Shown here one piece after another: positions 55,037 through 58,011 of a stretch of DNA of 58,011 nucleotides; position 1 is the first letter of the stretch, and each line of letters starts with the position of its first letter. This stretch comes from a virus (lineage: Duplodnaviria; Caudoviricetes). The notes beneath the pieces were generated by a model. The model was not told where the DNA came from and made no database searches. It was given only the letters and a program-made list of their open reading frames with translations. The stretch covers positions 1-58,011 of the IMG/VR virus record IMGVR_UViG_3300037048_000031; one strand, written 5' to 3'. Made by a program: the position numbers and the translations under genes.

Positions 55037-56689
55037 ATGTGCATGCGCAAACACCAGGTCGATATGACCAGAATAATAGAGCAGATAATATCAGGATCAC
55101 CGATAAAAGATATTATTTGCAAGATCGCGACCGGAGGAGGCAAATCGACAATTCCAATTATTGCTGGCCGTTTAATCAAAGCCGGTCTTGCAGATGCTAT
55201 TTGCTGGATATGTCCCCGAACATCGTTACAAAATCAAGCGGAGTGCAACTTTATAGATAGGTTTTTCCGGAAACTCCTCAATCATAACTTAATTATCCGG
55301 GCATCGACAAACGATATTAATCCATGCAGGGGTACAAATGGTTTTGTAACAACATACCAGGCAATAGGTCTTGATAGGTACCAGACTGTATTAAACGATT
55401 TTCAGCACAAAAGATATATTCTGGTTCTCGACGAATACCATCATGCCGAGGAAGAAGACGGATCGTGGACAAAAGCGCTTATGCCTTTATATGAGCAGGC
55501 AAAGTACAGGGTGTTAATGACAGGAACTCTTTCAAGGGGGGACGGCAAGAAAATAGCCTTCACGCCATATTGTCTTGGCGAATCCGGGATAGTCCCCTCT
55601 CTCGAGGGTGACGAAACAACCGCTGTTATCGAATACTCGCGCCGGGATGCCCTCGCAGAAAAAGCGATTCTTCCCCTCGAATTCATTTTTGCAGAAGGTC
55701 GCGCTCAATGGGAAAAGAAATCAGGCCGAGTAATGGATGTTAAATTATCGACTGTACGCGATCAGACAGCACGACACGCATTATATACCGCTTTACATAC
55801 TGAGTATGCCACAGAACTTTTAACGCTGGCTGTCAATCACTGGCAGGCTCACAGGCGCGAAAAAAACAGGCTCGCAAAGCTCCTGGTGGTGTCGGCAGGA
55901 ATCAAATCAGCGAAACAATATACCGGTCTCCTGAAATCCATGGGCCTGAAAGTCGATATTGCGACAAGTGACGATTCTCCTGCATGTCATAAAGCGATTA
56001 AGGCGTATAAAAACAACAAGCTCGACGCTCTTGTAAGTGTGAATGTGTGCTATGAAGGCTTAGATGTACCGGCAATTTCACATATTTGCTGCCTAACTAA
56101 CATTAGAAGCCGACAATGGATAGAGCAAATGGCCGGCAGAGCTGTGAGAATAGATCCCAACGGCGGACCGTATGAGCAGCAGAAAGGATATATCTTTGCG
56201 CCGAAGGACGAAATGTTTGTTGAAATCAAAGAGCAGATCGAGGCAGAGCAGACGCCTTTTTTGAAAGTAGTCAGTAACGGAGAGGGTAAAAAGACCGGGA
56301 ACAAGCTCGTACTTGAAATGCAGGAACAAGGTCCGCCGGGTGGGATAACCCCGTTATCATCGACACTGATAGGCGCCCAGGTTGATCCTTTATTCCCGAA
56401 TTTTGTTGAGGAAAAAACAAGCTCAGAAATAGAGGCGGAGATCCGGGCGCAGATCGAAAGCCATATCAGAACATTCAGTTTTCAGAATCGACATAATCCG
56501 AAGAAAATCAACGCTGAGGTTTACGCCTTTTTTGCAGGGAAGAAGCGCGAGAACATGACTATTCCAGAGCTTGAAAACTGTCTGTCTTACATCAAAACAG
56601 CATATCCTCTGAATTTTATCAGGGGAACAGGAAGGCCCCGGGTATCGACAAAAGCGGTGCCTATTAATGTAACTTGGAAGGTGGCATAA
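55037..56689 (+). CDS. Superfamily II (ResIII-type DExH) helicase
   Basis: ATGGGKS, LDEYHH, MTGT, EGLDVP, QMAGRAVR. Confidence 0.9.
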   Translation: MCMRKHQVDMTRIIEQIISGSPIKDIICKIATGGGKSTIPIIAGRLIKAGLADAICWICPRTSLQNQAECNFIDRFFRKLLNHNLIIRASTNDINPCRGTNGFVTTYQAIGLDRYQTVLNDFQHKRYILVLDEYHHAEEEDGSWTKALMPLYEQAKYRVLMTGTLSRGDGKKIAFTPYCLGESGIVPSLEGDETTAVIEYSRRDALAEKAILPLEFIFAEGRAQWEKKSGRVMDVKLSTVRDQTARHALYTALHTEYATELLTLAVNHWQAHRREKNRLAKLLVVSAGIKSAKQYTGLLKSMGLKVDIATSDDSPACHKAIKAYKNNKLDALVSVNVCYEGLDVPAISHICCLTNIRSRQWIEQMAGRAVRIDPNGGPYEQQKGYIFAPKDEMFVEIKEQIEAEQTPFLKVVSNGEGKKTGNKLVLEMQEQGPPGGITPLSSTLIGAQVDPLFPNFVEEKTSSEIEAEIRAQIESHIRTFSFQNRHNPKKINAEVYAFFAGKKRENMTIPELENCLSYIKTAYPLNFIRGTGRPRVSTKAVPINVTWKVA

Positions 56690-56783
56690 AACCCCACTGG
56701 CCCCGACAACGGGTTGGGGAACCCACAGCACGGCCAGAACGCCCCGGATACGGTCGGGAGTCCGGGAACTCGAAAGGAAAATT

Positions 56784-57248
56784 ATGGATCTCAGATTTAT
56801 AATCCCAGGAACAATCAGAATCAAAAAGAATTCCCGCCGCATCTTTGGCGGAGGTCGCAAAAAGATTAATTTGCCAGGTGAGGCTTATATGGAATGGCAG
56901 AATAAAGCACGATTTCATTTTTTAAAGATAGGCGGTTTACGCTTTAAGCCGTTTGCGGATCTCTGTCATGTTCAGGTATTGGTCTTTTATGAATCACACG
57001 AACCCGATCTATCGGGATGTCTTGAATCAGTAGGTGATTGTTTCCAGAAGATGATCTGGAAGGACGACAAACAGATAGTCTCTTGGGACGGCAGCAGAAA
57101 ATATCACGACAAAGATAATCCGAGAACCGAAATCACGGTTACTTGGGATGATGGTGTCGAGGATAAGCCCATGAGCCAGGACGAATGCCACCGGATCGCG
57201 GGGCTGATCGGGAAGGGTGTAAAACAGGATAAGGAGGTAAAAGCATGA
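56784..57248 (+). CDS. rusA: RusA-like Holliday junction resolvase
   Basis: IPG...KKNS...DL......GD......WKDDKQI...DKDNPRTEI. Confidence 0.75.
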   Translation: MDLRFIIPGTIRIKKNSRRIFGGGRKKINLPGEAYMEWQNKARFHFLKIGGLRFKPFADLCHVQVLVFYESHEPDLSGCLESVGDCFQKMIWKDDKQIVSWDGSRKYHDKDNPRTEITVTWDDGVEDKPMSQDECHRIAGLIGKGVKQDKEVKA

Positions 57249-58011
57249 TTGATATTTCAAAAGGAAGGTATTGGGGCTTGCCTTGGAGTCTTGTCGATGG
57301 TTGCACGCCATGCTCTCCGGGATGTGATCATTGCTGGTCGGCGGCTATAGCTAAGCGTTTTTATTATAAGAATCTCATTTTTGCTCACCAGGAATTAGTT
57401 GATGTCAGGGGTAAATTTACTGGACTTATCCACACGCGCCCGGAACGCCTGAACATCCCCTTGAAGCGCAAGAAGCCGACCGTGTATGCGATTTGGAATG
57501 ATTTATTTCACGAAGGCGTAACGGATAGATTTATTGATGGAGCGTGGTCGTTAATCAGCAAAACCCCGCAGCATACGTTTTTAATACTTACAAAAAGACC
57601 CGAAAGAATGGCTGATTTTGTGTCAGAAGTGGGCGTGTTCAATTATGATATTTTGCCGAACCTGTTTCTCGGTCTCACCGTCTGCAACCAGCAGGAGGCA
57701 GATGAAAAGATACCTGTTTTTCTGCGAGTACCGGGCAAGAAGTTTCTGAGCATAGAACCAATGTTGTCAGAGATTAAATTGGGTGGATTTGATGGTAAAA
57801 CATACAGACCGTGGTTCGACCATGTTGCACAGCCGAAAATGATTGATGCCGTAATTCTTGGCGGTGAAACCGGCCCCGGAGCAAGGCCGATGAATCCTGA
57901 ATGGGTGAGATCGGTAAGAGATCAATGTGAGCAGGCAGGAGTGCCGTTCTTTTTTAAGAGTTGGGGGAAACATACCCCTGAATTAAAAACAAGGCTCGGC
58001 CATGCTTATGA
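57245..58011 (+). CDS. DUF5131 (Gp37/Gp68-like) protein, N-terminal part; continues across the origin to 230 (about 289 aa in total)
   Basis: GCTPCSPGCDHCW, NDLFHE, HTFLILTKRPERM, GGETGPGARP. GGAGG SD and ATGA overlap. Missing from the ORF track because the stop is beyond the window end. Confidence 0.9.
   Translation, partial: MIDISKGRYWGLPWSLVDGCTPCSPGCDHCWSAAIAKRFYYKNLIFAHQELVDVRGKFTGLIHTRPERLNIPLKRKKPTVYAIWNDLFHEGVTDRFIDGAWSLISKTPQHTFLILTKRPERMADFVSEVGVFNYDILPNLFLGLTVCNQQEADEKIPVFLRVPGKKFLSIEPMLSEIKLGGFDGKTYRPWFDHVAQPKMIDAVILGGETGPGARPMNPEWVRSVRDQCEQAGVPFFFKSWGKHTPELKTRLGHAY
57885..58011. repeat. Terminal direct repeat, copy 2
   Basis: Identical to 1..127. Confidence 0.97.

Noticed and set aside
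1-58011. Alternative genetic code or stop-codon reassignment
   Set aside because: Genes are full length and tightly packed under the standard bacterial code, and all three stop codons are used.

Overview
The window is an apparently complete circular genome of a temperate tailed phage, about 57.9 kb. The first and last 127 bp are identical, consistent with an assembly overlap. The gene order looks podovirus-like, and the host is not identifiable from sequence alone. Modules: (1) Xis, tyrosine integrase and an attP carrying the 5' half of a tRNA-Leu(UAA). (2) A long leftward late operon with TerS, TerL (two inteins), portal, scaffold, major capsid, decoration proteins, three signal-peptide proteins, lysis genes, adaptors/nozzle, tail fibre and ejection proteins. 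It ends in a 4760-aa polyvalent protein (ParB-like, adenine MTase, Strawberry-notch helicase, JAB, zincin peptidase, ART-like). (3) A lambdoid CI/Cro switch and a replication initiator with iterons. (4) A rightward early operon with SbcD/SbcC, an SF2 helicase, a RusA-like resolvase and DUF5131. The most striking signals are dual-coded. An HNH endonuclease with its own ribosome-binding site lies in an alternate frame inside the second TerL intein. Four small +1-frame genes with their own Shine-Dalgarno sites, one with a near-consensus internal promoter, are nested at domain boundaries of the giant protein. Also notable are a class 3 intein, a phased direct-repeat late promoter next to an AlpA/Xis-like regulator, and an Acb2/Tad1-like anti-defence protein. 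All family assignments come from motif recognition by eye, not database searches.
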